Origin: Candidatus Kuenenia stuttgartensis
Lineage (GTDB): Bacteria > Planctomycetota > Planctomycetia > Gemmatales > Gemmataceae
Assembly (NCBI GenBank): GCA_945897965.1
Contig: CAMDHK010000001.1
Span: forward strand, 16,231-80,230
DNA length: 64,000 nucleotides
Direction: 5' to 3'
Of the stretch, positions 63,383-64,000 are shown piece by piece. The notes under the pieces are model-generated. The model was not told where the DNA came from. It ran no database searches and saw nothing but the letters and a program-made list of their open reading frames with translations. Position numbers and translations under genes: made by a program. Each line of letters opens with the position of its first letter. The first letter of the stretch is position 1.

Positions 63383-64000
63383 TTATAATTCCTTTCGTGA
63401 GTCATCTTGTTCCAATTGGTCTGCCATTTGGCTGAGCCGAAGGACTGCATGGTCAAATAGCAAGCCAAGGCCGGGCTGCGTATTGGACTTTTGACGCCGA
63501 GCCCTCTCGATGTTTCGCTCAATATCATTTACGGTAACACTTTCCCTACCCGGGCCAAGTAAAGGTGCCAACCGATCGAGAAGGGCGGGGCCGTTATTCC
63601 CAAACAAACCACGCAAAATGCGGGTCCAATCTTCTCCCAGCTCCGTTTGCGCTTCCTCCGCCTTTTCCAACATGCGTAGATCGCCCTCCATGTCATCGTA
63701 TGCATCTTTGATCAATAGGACCTTCTCCCCCAAGCGTCGAAGTGTCTCCGTAGCATTGCGCACATCGTCTTCCACGAAACGGATTGTTTCTTCGATATAC
63801 CGTTGAACCGGCTCAAGCTGATGGGCACCATTTGCAATCGCTGCAACCAAAGGACTAATTGAATCCTGGGCTTCTTTTTGAAGGATGCCAAAACGAATCT
63901 TGTGGTTACGAAGCCGCCCTGAAGCGATTTGACATGGTTCCCAAGCTTTGGACAAAATGCTTAACGCTTTAATCGTTCGCGACCTTGCAAAAAAACGATC
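63383..64000 (-). CDS. hypothetical helical protein tightly coupled to the Hsp70-FGE gene; 5' end probably outside the window
   Basis: The frame stays open from 63955 to the window edge. Its stop lies 2 nt before the Hsp70-like gene start. The sequence is charged and helical (EETIRFVEDDVRNATETLRRLGEKVLLIKDAYDDMEGDLRMLEKAEEAQTELGE). No motif recognised. Confidence 0.55.
   Translation of the reverse strand, partial: DRFFARSRTIKALSILSKAWEPCQIASGRLRNHKIRFGILQKEAQDSISPLVAAIANGAHQLEPVQRYIEETIRFVEDDVRNATETLRRLGEKVLLIKDAYDDMEGDLRMLEKAEEAQTELGEDWTRILRGLFGNNGPALLDRLAPLLGPGRESVTVNDIERNIERARRQKSNTQPGLGLLFDHAVLRLSQMADQLEQDDSRKEL

Noticed and set aside
1-64000. Search for mobile elements, prophage genes, toxin-antitoxin pairs, restriction-modification genes or known defence-system genes.
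   Set aside because: I recognised no transposase (DDE/HUH), integrase, recombinase, capsid, terminase, methyltransferase or nuclease motif in any long ORF. The only repeats are the FGE paralogue segment with its flank and the two in-gene tandem repeats.

Overview
This 64-kb chromosomal window is almost certainly from a Planctomycetota genome and looks moderately AT-rich by eye. About 55 protein genes are densely packed on both strands. Housekeeping genes (ispA-dxs-nadK, tadA, greA, glyQS, rluD, lysC, aroC, ltaE, fur, one tRNA-Val) alternate with planctomycete-typical accessory genes. The accessory genes include the H4MPT C1 genes fae and mtd, three Hanks-type kinases or pseudokinases outside the main cluster context, FGE/SUMF1-fold proteins, a TAT-signal Gfo/Idh/MocA oxidoreductase, DUF3500, a PQQ-type propeller, and a TetR-controlled MacAB-like efflux operon. 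I saw no rRNA, CRISPR array, transposase, integrase or phage structural gene.

Two regions stand out:

1. A ~9.6-kb, six-gene, same-strand cluster at 32.6-42.2 kb. It encodes a vWA protein, two FHA proteins (one polytopic membrane, one zinc-ribbon with a repeat linker), an 891-aa single-pass orphan protein, a Hanks kinase flanked by five zinc ribbons, and a zinc-ribbon-pseudokinase-PP2C fusion. I read it as an uncharacterised membrane-associated phospho-threonine signalling system.

2. The segment next to tRNA-Val at 58.8-64 kb. It contains an Hsp70 ATPase-domain protein fused to three near-identical 180-nt tandem repeats and a non-catalytic FGE-fold domain. That gene is tightly coupled to a helical partner gene. 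A paralogous FGE lipoprotein lies nearby, and both FGE genes are followed by a 74-nt 3' flank that is better conserved than the adjacent coding DNA. A truncated hydrolase also lies in this segment.

Smaller observations:
- two pseudokinases
- a catalytically dead ABC nucleotide-binding domain
- a tRNA-Val with C at position 33
- a Fur-box-like palindrome upstream of fur
- several intrinsic terminators

All functional calls rest on motif recognition by eye. No database search was run.
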